A stretch of DNA of 64,000 nucleotides from Parcubacteria group bacterium (GTDB lineage Bacteria; Patescibacteriota; Minisyncoccia; Phycocordibacterales; UBA2100): assembly GCA_943358385.1 (NCBI GenBank), contig CALRGX010000002.1:9718-73717 (forward strand), in the 5' to 3' direction. The notes beneath the pieces are model-generated. The model was given only the letters and a program-made list of their open reading frames with translations, did not search any database and was not told the origin of the DNA. Below, piece after piece: positions 26,926-37,409 of the stretch. The position numbers and the translations under genes are program-made. Position 1 is the stretch's first letter; every line of letters starts with the position of its first letter.

Positions 26926-28899
26926 ATGGCTACTCCGGATGACATAGATCGAAAAGAAATGTCGCATAGCGAGCGTATTGCACGGCTGCGCCAGGCGATG
27001 TATTCGCGATCACTCTCCGACAAAATTCATCCCCGTGATAGGCATGCCCTGGATGAAATTGATTACGGCGTGCCAACTGATTTTGCTGAAGAAGGGGAAG
27101 CTCTGCCAGGCAGCTTCGTTGCACCTCGCACCATTGGTGCGGCGCGCACGTTTACCTGGTGGTTTTTGGCTGCATCGCTCTTATTTTTCTTAGGCGCGGC
27201 GGGAGCATTTACGTACTACTTCGTCCTAGGGGCAGGGAGCGTGACCGCTGCGCCAGAAAATATTGATATCGCCGTGCGCGGACCACTCACTGTCGTGAGT
27301 GGCGAGCCTTCACAGCTGCAAATTGTAGTTACCAATCGCAACCAGGCCATTCTCGAACTCGCGGACCTCATCATCCGCTATCCGGAAGGAACGCGCTCGC
27401 CTGCGGATTTCCTCACGGATTTGCCAGAACAACGTATCTCCCTAGGCTCAATTGAGCCAGGTGGCCAACGGCAAGGTACCGTTTCCGCAGTATTTATGGG
27501 CAAAGAAGCAGCTCGCGGGAATGTGGAAGTTGAGCTCGAGTACCGCGTCCAAAACTCTAATGCCATTTTTGTCAGTAAGGCAGATTACGGCATTAGCTAT
27601 GGCAACGCGCCAATTTCAATTGCCATCGAAGGAAACAAAGAAACTGTTTCAGGGCAGCGTGTGACCCTCACCGCCACCATTCGCGCCGAAGGACCATCAC
27701 CATTACGCGATGTTCTCATTGAATCTGAATTCCCATTTGGCTTTGTACTTGATTCGGTTGCACCAGAAATGACGCGTAAAAATGTGTGGGAGTTGGGTGA
27801 TCTGCGCCCAGGTGATGTGCGCACTATTGTTTTGCGAGGCACTATGGAAGGACAGGAAGGAGATGAGCGTGTCTTTCGCCTGCGCGCAGGGACACGAAAA
27901 ATAAAGACGAGCCAAGGCATCGATGCCGAACTTTCAGAAACAATCCACCATGTAGCCGTCGCTCGGCCATTTATCGGTCTTACAGTCGCTATCAATAAGG
28001 AAGCAGGGGCAGAAGCGGCCACAGTAAGTGCAGGCGAGGGAGTAACAGTGACTATTCTGTGGAAGAATAATCTCTCGACACCGATTGCCAATGCAGTCCT
28101 GGTAGCACGCCTCTCCGGGGTGGCTATTCCAGGTACGGGCATAAAATCGCCCGATGGATTTTATCGATCGGCGGACAATACTATTTTGTTTGACCGTTCG
28201 ACCACACGCGGCGCGCTTGCAGAGCTCGCGCCAGGAGCAACCGGAAGTGTGAATTTCAGCTTCACCATGCCTGATACACAAACACTTTCAAAAATTAAGG
28301 AAGCGATGCTCGATATTACCGTACACGCTGCGGGGAAGCGTCTGGGTGAAGCGAATGTTCCCGAGACGCTGCAGTCCACTGCCGCACGTTCCGTAAAAGT
28401 AGCGACCGATGTGCGATTGATCGGCCAAGGATTCTACTACCAGAATCCATTTGGAAGTGTTGGCCCGCTGCCTCCTAAAGTTGATCAAGAAACAACATAT
28501 GCACTGGTTTTGACTGTTGCGAACAGTTCGAATGGTCTTGAAGATGCGGAAGTAACTGCGCAGTTGCCGCCGTATGTGCGCTGGGTCGGCGTCTACTCGC
28601 CTGCACAGGAGAATCTGAGATTTAGTGCCGCGGAAGGAACGGTCACCTGGACGCTGGGCGATGTACCATCAGGCACTGGTACCGAAGGAGGGGCACCGTA
28701 CAAACAGGTGGCATTTGCTGTAGGCTTTACCCCTTCAGCGAGTCAATTGGGAGAGGAGCCAGAGCTTCTGCGTGAAATTACACTCACTGCGCGCGACGCA
28801 TTTACCGATCGAGGCGTGAGCCTGCCCACTCCGTCGGTCACTACAAATCTATATGACGACCCAGGATTCTCGTCTACCGACGCGGCAGTAGTGGAGTGA
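26926..28899 (+). CDS. large membrane-anchored surface protein with repeated beta-rich domains (hypothetical)
   Basis: Single TM at about aa 80-100 (WWFLAASLLFFLGAAGAFTYYFVL). Repeated VT/TL-rich segments. TATAAT-like box cgcggtataat at -20. Confidence 0.6.
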   Translation: MATPDDIDRKEMSHSERIARLRQAMYSRSLSDKIHPRDRHALDEIDYGVPTDFAEEGEALPGSFVAPRTIGAARTFTWWFLAASLLFFLGAAGAFTYYFVLGAGSVTAAPENIDIAVRGPLTVVSGEPSQLQIVVTNRNQAILELADLIIRYPEGTRSPADFLTDLPEQRISLGSIEPGGQRQGTVSAVFMGKEAARGNVEVELEYRVQNSNAIFVSKADYGISYGNAPISIAIEGNKETVSGQRVTLTATIRAEGPSPLRDVLIESEFPFGFVLDSVAPEMTRKNVWELGDLRPGDVRTIVLRGTMEGQEGDERVFRLRAGTRKIKTSQGIDAELSETIHHVAVARPFIGLTVAINKEAGAEAATVSAGEGVTVTILWKNNLSTPIANAVLVARLSGVAIPGTGIKSPDGFYRSADNTILFDRSTTRGALAELAPGATGSVNFSFTMPDTQTLSKIKEAMLDITVHAAGKRLGEANVPETLQSTAARSVKVATDVRLIGQGFYYQNPFGSVGPLPPKVDQETTYALVLTVANSSNGLEDAEVTAQLPPYVRWVGVYSPAQENLRFSAAEGTVTWTLGDVPSGTGTEGGAPYKQVAFAVGFTPSASQLGEEPELLREITLTARDAFTDRGVSLPTPSVTTNLYDDPGFSSTDAAVVE

Positions 28900-29048
28900 G
28901 CAGGGACAAGATACTAGGTATAAGGTATTAGGGGGTAGGTTTTAGTAATACAAAAACCGAGTAATCTTTAGATTGCCTTTTCCTAGCACCTAAAACCTAT
29001 AACCTCGTCCCTACCTCTTTTCCTGGTTTCTTGTATAGTTAGGAATCT

Positions 29049-30431
29049 ATGGCCTCAGACACTTCAATGGAAAAGATTATTTCGCTGTGCAAACGCCGAG
29101 GTTTTATATACCAGGGTTCGGAAATCTACGGAGGGCTGGCGGGCACCTGGGACTACGGCCCACTGGGAGTGGCCTTGAAGCGCAATATAGAACAGCTCTG
29201 GTGGAAACGATTCGTTCTCGACCGAGAAGACATGTACGGCATGGATGCGGCTATTTTGATGAATCAAAACGTCTGGAAGGCATCCGGGCACGTGGGCGGT
29301 TTCTCTGACCCTTTGGTTGAGGACATTAAAACGAAGAAGCGCTACCGCGCCGATCACTTGTTGGAAGATCAGGGTATCGATCCAAAAGGCATGACCCTCG
29401 CTCAGATGGACACGCTCATTAAAGAAAAAGGAATCAAGAGTCCGGAGAAAAACCCACTGGGCGATGTTCGGCAGTTCAACATGATGTTCAAGACTCACGT
29501 CGGCGCCACTGAAGACGAAAGTGCGATTTCCTATCTTCGCCCAGAAACAGCGCAAGGTATGTTTGTTAATTTCAAAAATATCGTTGATTCATTCCACCCG
29601 AAAATGCCTTTTGGCATGGCCCAAATTGGCAAAGCCTTCCGCAACGAAATTGCACCACGCGATTTTATTTTTCGCGTACGTGAATTGGAGCAGATGGAAA
29701 TCGAATACTTCGTGCACCCCTCGCAATGGCAAGAGGTGTTTGAAGCATTCCAAAAAGAGCAGGTGGCGTTCTTGACGAGTGATCTGGGTCTTTCTCGCGA
29801 AAAAATTCACCAAATCGATATTCCTGAAGCTGACCGTGCTCACTACAGCAAGCATAGTGTCGATACGGAATTTGATTTCCCCATGGGGCAAAAAGAGCTC
29901 CTGGGGCTCGCATACCGCACCGACTACGATCTGAAAGCCCACTCAGATGCGAGCAGGGTGGATCTTTCCTATCAGGACGAAGAACGAAAAGAGCGTTACA
30001 TGCCGCACTGCATCGAACCAACATTCGGCGTAGGACGACTGCTACTTGCTGTATTATCCGATGCCTATCGTGAAGATGAGATGAATGGCGAAGTACGAAG
30101 CTACCTCAAGCTCTCGCCCAACGTTGCACCGGTGAAAGCAGCCGTGTTTCCACTTTTGAAAAATAAACCGCCCCTTGTGGAAAAGGCTCGAGAAGTGTTT
30201 TCACTGCTCAAAAAAGCCGAACCGCGTATCGCGTGGGATGATAACGGCAACGTGGGGAAACGCTACCGCCGCCAAGATGAAATTGGTACGCCGTACTGTA
30301 TCACCATCGACTTTGACACTTTGGGTGAAGGAGGTGACGAGGTAAAAGACACAGTCACGGTGCGTAATCGTGACACTGGTGCCCAAGAGCGCGTTGCGCT
30401 AAAAGACCTAGCGGCGTACATTGCACCATAG
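29049..30431 (+). CDS. glyQS: glycyl-tRNA synthetase, alpha2 (GlyQS) type
   Basis: MEKIISLCKRRGFIYQGSEIYGGLAGTWDYGPLG N-terminus and class II motifs. Confidence 0.95.
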   Translation: MASDTSMEKIISLCKRRGFIYQGSEIYGGLAGTWDYGPLGVALKRNIEQLWWKRFVLDREDMYGMDAAILMNQNVWKASGHVGGFSDPLVEDIKTKKRYRADHLLEDQGIDPKGMTLAQMDTLIKEKGIKSPEKNPLGDVRQFNMMFKTHVGATEDESAISYLRPETAQGMFVNFKNIVDSFHPKMPFGMAQIGKAFRNEIAPRDFIFRVRELEQMEIEYFVHPSQWQEVFEAFQKEQVAFLTSDLGLSREKIHQIDIPEADRAHYSKHSVDTEFDFPMGQKELLGLAYRTDYDLKAHSDASRVDLSYQDEERKERYMPHCIEPTFGVGRLLLAVLSDAYREDEMNGEVRSYLKLSPNVAPVKAAVFPLLKNKPPLVEKAREVFSLLKKAEPRIAWDDNGNVGKRYRRQDEIGTPYCITIDFDTLGEGGDEVKDTVTVRNRDTGAQERVALKDLAAYIAP

Positions 30432-30450
30432 CAACTGAGGAGTCGTACTG

Positions 30451-30666
30451 ATGGGCACACAGCACTTTATCTGGGTGGTTCTGTTCTCGATGATGATGGG
30501 AAGCCTTGTTGCTTCTGCGGTGGGTGCGGGTGGATTCCTGCACGCTCGCGCTGTGCTTCTTGCGGGTTCTATCGGTGCAGGCATCTACCTGCTCTGTAAA
30601 GCAATAGTTACCACGTTTGCAATAATCGGAGCGCTTGTCTTCCGGTGGGTGTTGGCAAAGGATTGA
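30451..30666 (+). CDS. small two-TM membrane protein (hypothetical)
   Basis: 71-aa hydrophobic ORF. Confidence 0.35.
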   Translation: MGTQHFIWVVLFSMMMGSLVASAVGAGGFLHARAVLLAGSIGAGIYLLCKAIVTTFAIIGALVFRWVLAKD

Positions 30667-30777
30667 TTGAAGGCGCCGTAGCATTGCTACGGCGCCTTCC
30701 ACACATGGAGGTCTATATGTTGCTTACCGCTCATTCTGCAGCTATGCGCTGTACACTCTCCACTATATACTGTCCGT

Positions 30778-31833
30778 ATGTCAGAGCACCCCATCACTAT
30801 ATCTATTACGACCGGGGCAGTGGTGCGCATACTCCTCATCCTCACGAGTGCGTGGCTGATATACCAACTCTTTGATTTGGCCTTAGTCATACTCACCGCT
30901 ATTGTTATTGCGTCAGGTATCGAACCTGCGGCAAAGTGGTTTATGAAACGGAAGGTACCGCGGGTGATGGCAGTGCTCATTGTGTACCTACTCTTCCTCA
31001 GCTCGTTGTTCGGTCTTTTGTATGTGGTGGTCCCTATTTTTTTGGTGCAAGCAGCGGCTTTCGTTGCGGCGCTCCCTAAATATTTTGAATTCCTCAACCA
31101 TCTGCCGGGCGAGTATTCGCCGATTCTACATGCTGCAGGTGCTGACCCGGTGACGTCGGTTGCCGATATGGTTGCTTCCATGCGCGCTATGGTGCAAGAG
31201 TTTGCAGGCAACTCATTTGCTACGGCCAGTGCGTTCTTTGGTGGGGCGCTTAGCTCTATCTTAATACTGGTATTTTCGTTCTACTTTGCCGTGCAAGAAC
31301 GTGGTATTGAGGATTTTCTTCGCATTGTTACACCGGTAAAGCATGAAGAATACGTACTTGATTTGTGGAAGCGCTCCCAGCAAAAAATCGGTCTTTGGCT
31401 ACAGGGGCAACTGCTTTTGGGGGTCATTGTGGGTGTGCTCGTGTTTCTCTCGCTCACCATTCTTGGTATTCCACACGCATTCGTGCTGGCGGTCCTTGCA
31501 GGTTTTCTAGAGCTCATTCCAGTGTTCGGCCCTACCATTGCATCCATTCCAGCGGTCATGGTCGGTTTCGTAAGTGGAGGGCCGGTTACGGGACTCATTG
31601 TGGTGGGCGTATACGCCATCATCCAGCAATTTGAAAATCACCTTATCTATCCACTGGTGGTCACCAAAGTGGTCGGTGTGCCTCCGCTTCTCGTCATTCT
31701 TGCACTCTTGATTGGAGGCAAACTCGCAGGATTTCTCGGCATTCTTCTGTCGGCACCTATTGCTGCGGTGGTACAAGAAATTGTGCAAGATTTCGATCAG
31801 CGCCGTGCGGCAATCGCACGAGGAGAGCGCTAA
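30778..31833 (+). CDS. AI-2E family transporter (UPF0118 / PerM-like permease)
   Basis: 8-TM topology and conserved pattern (LFLVQAAAFVAALPKYFEFL...IPVFGPTIASIPAVMVGF...IYPLVV). Confidence 0.8.
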   Translation: MSEHPITISITTGAVVRILLILTSAWLIYQLFDLALVILTAIVIASGIEPAAKWFMKRKVPRVMAVLIVYLLFLSSLFGLLYVVVPIFLVQAAAFVAALPKYFEFLNHLPGEYSPILHAAGADPVTSVADMVASMRAMVQEFAGNSFATASAFFGGALSSILILVFSFYFAVQERGIEDFLRIVTPVKHEEYVLDLWKRSQQKIGLWLQGQLLLGVIVGVLVFLSLTILGIPHAFVLAVLAGFLELIPVFGPTIASIPAVMVGFVSGGPVTGLIVVGVYAIIQQFENHLIYPLVVTKVVGVPPLLVILALLIGGKLAGFLGILLSAPIAAVVQEIVQDFDQRRAAIARGER

Positions 31834-31879
31834 CGGGCAGCCAGTTGCTCAAGTGGGTGCATTGCCGTAGGCTGTCACC

Positions 31880-33316
31880 ATGGAGAAATCACCCCGCTAT
31901 ATCACGACGACGTTGCCGTACGTAAACGCCGACCCGCACATCGGTTTTGCGCTCGAAATTATTCAAGCTGACGCACTTGCGCGTTATCTACGCTTGACGG
32001 GTCACGAAGTGTTCTTTTCTACCGGCACCGACGAGCACGGACAGAAGATTTTTGAAAAAGCGAAAGAACAGGGCGAGGACGTACAGACATACGTTGACCG
32101 CTACGCGGCTTCATTCGAGCGTCTGCGAGAGAGTCTGAATCTCTCCTACGATTCGTTTATTCGTACTACCGCGCCGCACCACGAAGCTGCAGCACAAGAG
32201 CTATGGAAGCGCTGCCTAGCGCAAGGTGACATCTATAAAAAGAAATACAAGGGCCTGTACTGTGTGGGGTGCGAGAAGTTTCTCACCGAAAAAGATTTGG
32301 TAGAGGGGAAATGCCCACTTCACACTAACCAATCACCGCAAGAGGTAGAAGAAGAGAATTATTTTTTCGCGCTTTCGAAGTACCAGCGAGGGCTCCTCGA
32401 CTACCTATCGAAAGACGCAAGTATCATTCCTGAAGTGAAACGCGAAGAGGCGCGGCGCTTCGTTGCAGATGGATTGGAAGATTTCAGCATTTCGCGAGAA
32501 AAATCGCGCATGCCGTGGGGGATTCCCGTTCCTGGGGACGAGTCACAGGTGATGTACGTATGGTTTGACGCCTTAACCAACTATATTTCCACACTCGGAT
32601 GGCCCGCTGATGAAAAGCACACTTTCGCCACATTTTGGCAACAGGGTGCGACCCTGCAAATGGCAGGTAAAGACCAAGTACGCTTTCAATCAATTATGTG
32701 GCAGGCAATGCTCATGTCGGCCAACGTAAAAACCACTGATACCGTGTTTTATCACGGTTTTATAAACAGTGGAGGGCAGAAAATGAGCAAATCTCTCGGG
32801 AACGTGATTTCACCATTTGATATGGTTGAAAAATACGGCACCGAGGCAACACGCTACATGCTCTTGCGACACGTGCACCCCACCGAGGATACCGATATCA
32901 CGTGGGAGCGTATGGACGAGTGGTACACGGCACACCTCGTGAATGGGCTCGGTAACCTGGTTGCACGCGTCATGAAGCTTGCCGAAACACATCTGGTGAA
33001 GGCCATTGAACGCCCCGGTGCTGATGGGTTTGAGGAGCGATATGTTGCTGCGCTCGAGAGTTACAATTTTCAGGCCGCTACTGAGTACATATGGGAGCGT
33101 ATAGGAGCCTTAGATGCGCGGATCACCACCGAAGAGCCCTTCAAAGTGGTAAAAGTAGATGCCGAAGCAGGGAAGCGAATGATTGGCGAGATGACCCTTG
33201 AGCTGTATCACATCGTGCGACTCTTGCACCCATTCTTACCGCAGACCAACGCGCTGGTACAGCAGGCAATTCTTGAGAACAAGAAACCGGCGAATTTGTT
33301 CCCAAGACTTGCGTAG
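31880..33316 (+). CDS. metG: methionyl-tRNA synthetase
   Basis: PHIGF HIGH-motif, CVGCEKFL...CPLH zinc knuckle, KMSKSLGN. Confidence 0.95.
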   Translation: MEKSPRYITTTLPYVNADPHIGFALEIIQADALARYLRLTGHEVFFSTGTDEHGQKIFEKAKEQGEDVQTYVDRYAASFERLRESLNLSYDSFIRTTAPHHEAAAQELWKRCLAQGDIYKKKYKGLYCVGCEKFLTEKDLVEGKCPLHTNQSPQEVEEENYFFALSKYQRGLLDYLSKDASIIPEVKREEARRFVADGLEDFSISREKSRMPWGIPVPGDESQVMYVWFDALTNYISTLGWPADEKHTFATFWQQGATLQMAGKDQVRFQSIMWQAMLMSANVKTTDTVFYHGFINSGGQKMSKSLGNVISPFDMVEKYGTEATRYMLLRHVHPTEDTDITWERMDEWYTAHLVNGLGNLVARVMKLAETHLVKAIERPGADGFEERYVAALESYNFQAATEYIWERIGALDARITTEEPFKVVKVDAEAGKRMIGEMTLELYHIVRLLHPFLPQTNALVQQAILENKKPANLFPRLA

Positions 33317-33399
33317 CAGGTTATTTGTGGTATAATTAAAATTGGTTAGTAAAAGAAGTGTTCAGTGGCTCTGGCGAAAAGGAACCCACGTAGTTCACT

Positions 33400-33525
33400 G
33401 CGTTTTGGTGCACAGAACCTGTCTGCTTCAGGGCAGACACGTTCTGTGCACGGAAGAAAGAAAGGCTTCGGCTTTCTATTCCGGCAGTCATTGCCGGCTT
33501 CCGTGCCTGACGGTTTCAGGTGTCA
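33400..33525 (+). ncRNA. highly structured 5' leader upstream of a hypothetical gene; possible cis-regulatory RNA
   Basis: Perfect 11-bp-stem hairpin gtgcacagaac...gttctgtgcac with a nested ctgtctgc/gcagacac. This is followed by a three-way junction: cacggaag[gaaaggc-ttcg-gctttc][ccggc-agtcatt-gccgg]cttccgtg. Confidence 0.3.
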
Positions 33526-33542
33526 TGGACAGGAGAGTTTCC

Positions 33543-34025
33543 ATGGCTTGTTACACCACCCTCGATTCACGGCTGACTCAGATATTTTCAATGGCCACTG
33601 GCTGGAGGAAAAACTCTGAGAAAGCCTACCGTCGCACCTCTTGGGCCATCGTGTTGCTCAAGCGGGACGCTAGCGCCATCTATGGGCGCGGGCTGTCGGC
33701 GACGTTCGAGGAGAAGCTGCAGCTGAGACAGCTTTTAGAAGCTCTCAGGATCATGCGTCACGTGGCCGACTTTGTCAGCATGCACAGCAGGAACCCTCTC
33801 TTTCGAGAGGTGAAACCCTGTAGCAAGTTTGGCGAAGAAGGCGCTTGGCTTTTCGAGCAGCTTACGCATCGCTACTCTGACAGGTATCTGTTGGAGCAGT
33901 GTATCCGTAGGTTGATTGAGGAGTTTGAGCTCTTTGACTCTGACAAGTATCGTGCTTACGGCAGCGATGAGGACAGTTACCTCACCGATGCTGAGCGCGA
34001 GAAAGTCAGGGACATGGACCAGTGA
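33543..34025 (+). CDS. hypothetical protein (160 aa)
   Basis: AGGAGA RBS 6 nt before the ATG (MACYTTLDSRL...). Confidence 0.5.
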   Translation: MACYTTLDSRLTQIFSMATGWRKNSEKAYRRTSWAIVLLKRDASAIYGRGLSATFEEKLQLRQLLEALRIMRHVADFVSMHSRNPLFREVKPCSKFGEEGAWLFEQLTHRYSDRYLLEQCIRRLIEEFELFDSDKYRAYGSDEDSYLTDAEREKVRDMDQ

Positions 34026-34090
34026 CGTCTCTCCACCCTGTATACGCCGGCGACCTAGGTCGCCGGCGTTCTCTTTTATTGGGACGCATT

Positions 34091-34915
34091 ATGGCGTATT
34101 CTCTCTACATGACTCGCTACATAGACACGCATTCCCACGTATATTTTCCTCAGTTTGATACTGACCGCGAAGCGGTGTACGAACGTATGCACGCAAGTGC
34201 CGTGCAGACGATTGCCGTCGGCACGAGCCTCAGAACGAGCCAACAGGCGGTACAGGCCGTGCGCGACACGCCAGATTTAGTCGTGGCCGCAACCATTGGA
34301 GTGCACCCTAACGCAGCGGCAGAAGGCTTTGACACAGTAGTGTTCGAGGAATTGCTGGCCACGAGCGTGCCCCGACTTGTGTGCGGTGTAGGAGAGTGCG
34401 GTATCGACTATTATCGTGGCGCCACCGACCAAGAAAAGGCAAAACAAAAAGAAGTATTTCAAGCACAGATCGAATTTGCACTCGCGCACGATTTGCCACT
34501 GATGCTCCATGTGCGCTCCAGTAAAGGTACTGACGATGCGCATCACGATGCGCTCAGTATCATCGACACCTACCAAAAACCTCATGGTGAAAAAGTGCGT
34601 GGCACATCGCACTTTTTCACCGCGTCACTCGCCATCGCAAAAGAGTATTGGAAGAGGGGGTTTGCCACCTCTTTTCCTGGGGTAATCACCTTTGCCGAGG
34701 AATGCGAGAAAGTGGTTCGGGAAGCACCAGCACACCTCATGCTCGCAGAGACCGATGCCCCCTACGCAGCTCCCTTACCTCACCGTGGGCAGCGCAATGA
34801 ACCATCCTACGTGGTAGAAGTGGTGCGAAAAATTGCGGCAGTGCGCGAAGAGGAGTTGGAACGCACCAAAGAGCAGCTGCTGAAGAATGCACAACGTATT
34901 TTTAATATTGTCTAG
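34091..34915 (+). CDS. tatD: TatD-family metal-dependent hydrolase / DNase
   Basis: YIDTHSHV...; His motifs LPLMLHVRS and ETDAPY. Confidence 0.85.
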   Translation: MAYSLYMTRYIDTHSHVYFPQFDTDREAVYERMHASAVQTIAVGTSLRTSQQAVQAVRDTPDLVVAATIGVHPNAAAEGFDTVVFEELLATSVPRLVCGVGECGIDYYRGATDQEKAKQKEVFQAQIEFALAHDLPLMLHVRSSKGTDDAHHDALSIIDTYQKPHGEKVRGTSHFFTASLAIAKEYWKRGFATSFPGVITFAEECEKVVREAPAHLMLAETDAPYAAPLPHRGQRNEPSYVVEVVRKIAAVREEELERTKEQLLKNAQRIFNIV

Positions 34916-34955
34916 ACTTGTCAGTGACTCAGAATCGTGATACTTTCAGTGCGTT

Positions 34956-35453
34956 ATGGCAACCAAAAAAGAAGCAGAAGTAAATGCAGCTCGTGTCTAC
35001 GAAGTGGGTTATCACGTGTTGCCCAATGTAGAAGGTGAGGCGGTGGAAAAGGTGGTGCAAGGTATCCGAGAGACGATTGCCGAGATGGGCGGAAGTCTGG
35101 TTGCGGAAGGCGCGCCTCAGGATATGCACCTCGCATACACCATGTACATCAACAACGAAGGCAAGAACACGTCGTACGACCGTACTCATTTCGGATGGAT
35201 AAAATTTGAGCTCGCCGCAGAAAAGATCGGTGCTCTCGAAGAAGTCATGAAGCTCAACAAGAAAATACTGCGCTCTATCGTGTTTCGCACCGTGAAAGAA
35301 GAGACTCGTGCCAGCGTCAAAATTGGTGCACTGCGTGAGGTAAAGCGCTCCGACACGCTCAAGGTGCAAACCCGTCCTGAAAAGGAAACGGTAGGGGAGG
35401 TTTCTGAGGAAAAGCTCGATGAAGCAATTGAGGGGCTCACCACACCTAACTAG
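34956..35453 (+). CDS. rpsF: 30S ribosomal protein S6 with a C-terminal extension
   Basis: YEVGYHVLPN...LAYTMY...IVFRT pattern; gene order rpsF-ssb-rpsR. Confidence 0.85.
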   Translation: MATKKEAEVNAARVYEVGYHVLPNVEGEAVEKVVQGIRETIAEMGGSLVAEGAPQDMHLAYTMYINNEGKNTSYDRTHFGWIKFELAAEKIGALEEVMKLNKKILRSIVFRTVKEETRASVKIGALREVKRSDTLKVQTRPEKETVGEVSEEKLDEAIEGLTTPN

Positions 35454-35468
35454 TGCTACACTGATTCT

Positions 35469-35915
35469 ATGTACATCAACAAGGCTATTGTATACGGTAA
35501 CCTTACCCGCGACCCAGAGATTAAGTCGCTCCCTAGTGGTATGCAGGTGGCAACGTTTAGTCTCGCCACGAACCGAGTGTTCAAAGATCGTGACGGCAAG
35601 AAGCAAGAGCAGGCAGAATTCCACAATATTGTGGTGTTTGGCCGCCAGGCAGAGACCGTATCGCAGTACTTGAAAAAAGGAAACACAGCATTTGTGGAAG
35701 GCAGAATGCAGACGCGCAGCTGGGAGCAGGAAGGCCAGAAGAAATACCGCACGGAAATTGTTGCCGATCGTGTGCAGTTTGGTCCGAAAGGATCAGGTGC
35801 CCCAGCATCAGGCGCAGCAGCACCGCGCAGTAACGCATCCGACGAGCAGCCGACTCCTCCTGCAGGAATCGACTACCCCGCCGAAGAGATTAACCCTGAC
35901 GATATTCCATTTTAA
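35469..35915 (+). CDS. ssb: single-stranded DNA-binding protein
   Basis: MYINKAIVYGNLTRDPEIK...FHNIVVFG...; acidic tail DDIPF. Confidence 0.9.
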   Translation: MYINKAIVYGNLTRDPEIKSLPSGMQVATFSLATNRVFKDRDGKKQEQAEFHNIVVFGRQAETVSQYLKKGNTAFVEGRMQTRSWEQEGQKKYRTEIVADRVQFGPKGSGAPASGAAAPRSNASDEQPTPPAGIDYPAEEINPDDIPF

Positions 35916-35933
35916 ACTAGTACAAACAACCGT

Positions 35934-36131
35934 ATGAAAAATTTTCTTCTCCAGCACGACATAAAGCACGTTGACTATAAAGATGTAGAGGTGCTCAAGC
36001 AGTTCTTGAACCCTCACGGGCGCATTATGCCTCGCTCACGTACTGGCATTACAGCAAAGCAACAGCGCGCTCTTGATGCGGCAGTAAAGCGAGCTCGCTA
36101 CATGGGTCTCATCCCATACGTGCAGAAATAA
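35934..36131 (+). CDS. rpsR: 30S ribosomal protein S18
   Basis: DYKDVEVLKQFLNPHGRIMPRSRTGITAKQQRALDAAVKRARYMGLIPY. Confidence 0.9.
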   Translation: MKNFLLQHDIKHVDYKDVEVLKQFLNPHGRIMPRSRTGITAKQQRALDAAVKRARYMGLIPYVQK

Positions 36132-36150
36132 TGTAGGTTTTTTAGAACAC

Positions 36151-36180
36151 AAAAAGCGCTTCACGTGAAGCGCTTTTTGT
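36151..36180 (+). terminator. perfect palindromic terminator after rpsR
   Basis: aaaaagcgcttcac/gtgaagcgcttttt. Confidence 0.7.
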
Positions 36181-36317
36181 GTCATAGTGAAGGTCGCCGG
36201 GTATCAGGAGTATCATGTGGTGGAACTAATGAAAATGCACCTGAATGTCGTCCTCGCACTTGCTGCCTTCGTGTTCTTGGCAGCGATTCTCTTCGGTTTT
36301 CTGTAATGCTACGAATT

Positions 36318-36345
36318 GAAGCCGGCCTCTTTGAGGCCGGCTTCA
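36318..36345. terminator. terminator hairpin downstream of efp on the minus strand
   Basis: gaagccggcctc-tttga-gaggccggcttc. Confidence 0.6.
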
Positions 36346-36364
36346 CCAGTTTCAGGTAGGGGGG

Positions 36365-36934
36365 TTACGCCTTCGAGACGCGCTCTACGTACTCGTTTGC
36401 CTCAGTATTGATACGAATGACGTCTCCTTCGTGGATGAACATCGGCACCTGGAGTGTGGCACCTGTTTCAAGAGTAACCACTTTGTTGCCGCCTTGGGCG
36501 GTGTTACCGCGCACATCTGGCGGTGCTTCGGTGACTTTAAGGTCAACTTTCACGGGTACTTTTATAGACACCACCTCGTCTTCGAAGGTGACACCCACCA
36601 CGATATCGTTTGTTCGGATGTAGGGAAGTGCGTGTGCTACAAAATCCTCGGTGAATTTGAAGCGATCTGCAGGGTTTTTAGGATCGGTAAACCACGACTC
36701 TCCACGGCTCGTATAGAGATACTTGAGCTCGCGGGAGCCAATGTCAGCTTCTTCGAGCCTATCTGATTGCTGGAAGGAGTATTCCATCACGTTTCCTTTG
36801 ATAAGGTGGCGCATCTTCGTTTGATTCACCGGGCGGCGCTGCTGCTTCTGCATAATGTTATTCCATGTGCAGACATACGGCTCGCCGTCGATGACGACGA
36901 TTTTTCCTGGCTTTACATCGTTATAGTTCAGCAT
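36365..36934 (-). CDS. efp: elongation factor P
   Basis: MLNYNDVKPGKIVVIDGEPYVC... matches the EF-P N-terminus. The track ORF extends upstream to 37102, but the internal Met fits the EF-P length. Confidence 0.9.
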   Translation of the reverse strand: MLNYNDVKPGKIVVIDGEPYVCTWNNIMQKQQRRPVNQTKMRHLIKGNVMEYSFQQSDRLEEADIGSRELKYLYTSRGESWFTDPKNPADRFKFTEDFVAHALPYIRTNDIVVGVTFEDEVVSIKVPVKVDLKVTEAPPDVRGNTAQGGNKVVTLETGATLQVPMFIHEGDVIRINTEANEYVERVSKA

Positions 36935-37034
36935 GTCGCGTATCTTAGCCCATATCAAGCTATTTCTCAATATTGCGGGTTTAATGCTGGTAGGTAACAA
37001 ACGAGTACCTTGCACACCAGGTGCAAGGTACCTA

Positions 37035-37340
37035 TCAGGCAATATCCGGCAACTTCTCGCCACAACAAGGGCAGAAAGTGACCGGCACGGCGAACTCAGC
37101 ACTCACTTCCAGAAGCCAAGTCTTGGTTTCTGGGCGGGCGATGATTCGGTCGGCGCTTGCCAAATAGAGAGTCTGCTCTCTGCCTTGGGGGTCGATGAAC
37201 TCCCAACAGTTTGTGCCGTAGTCTTCCATGCCTTGGCCGTCGGAGAGATCTTTCACGGTAAGTATGTGCGATTCGAGGCGATTCTGTGCCGCTTTGCGGA
37301 CTTCACGAAGCTCCGTGCACGTGTGGAATAGTGTCGTCAT
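37035..37340 (-). CDS. hypothetical protein with a C-terminal CPCCG zinc-ribbon-like motif
   Basis: AGGAGTACGAGAC RBS; 101 aa. Confidence 0.45.
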   Translation of the reverse strand: MTTLFHTCTELREVRKAAQNRLESHILTVKDLSDGQGMEDYGTNCWEFIDPQGREQTLYLASADRIIARPETKTWLLEVSAEFAVPVTFCPCCGEKLPDIA

Positions 37341-37409
37341 GTCTCGTACTCCTCTGAGGATTCGCTGGAGGCACCCTAGCAACGACTACGGAGTGTTGCA
37401 AGGACCCGG

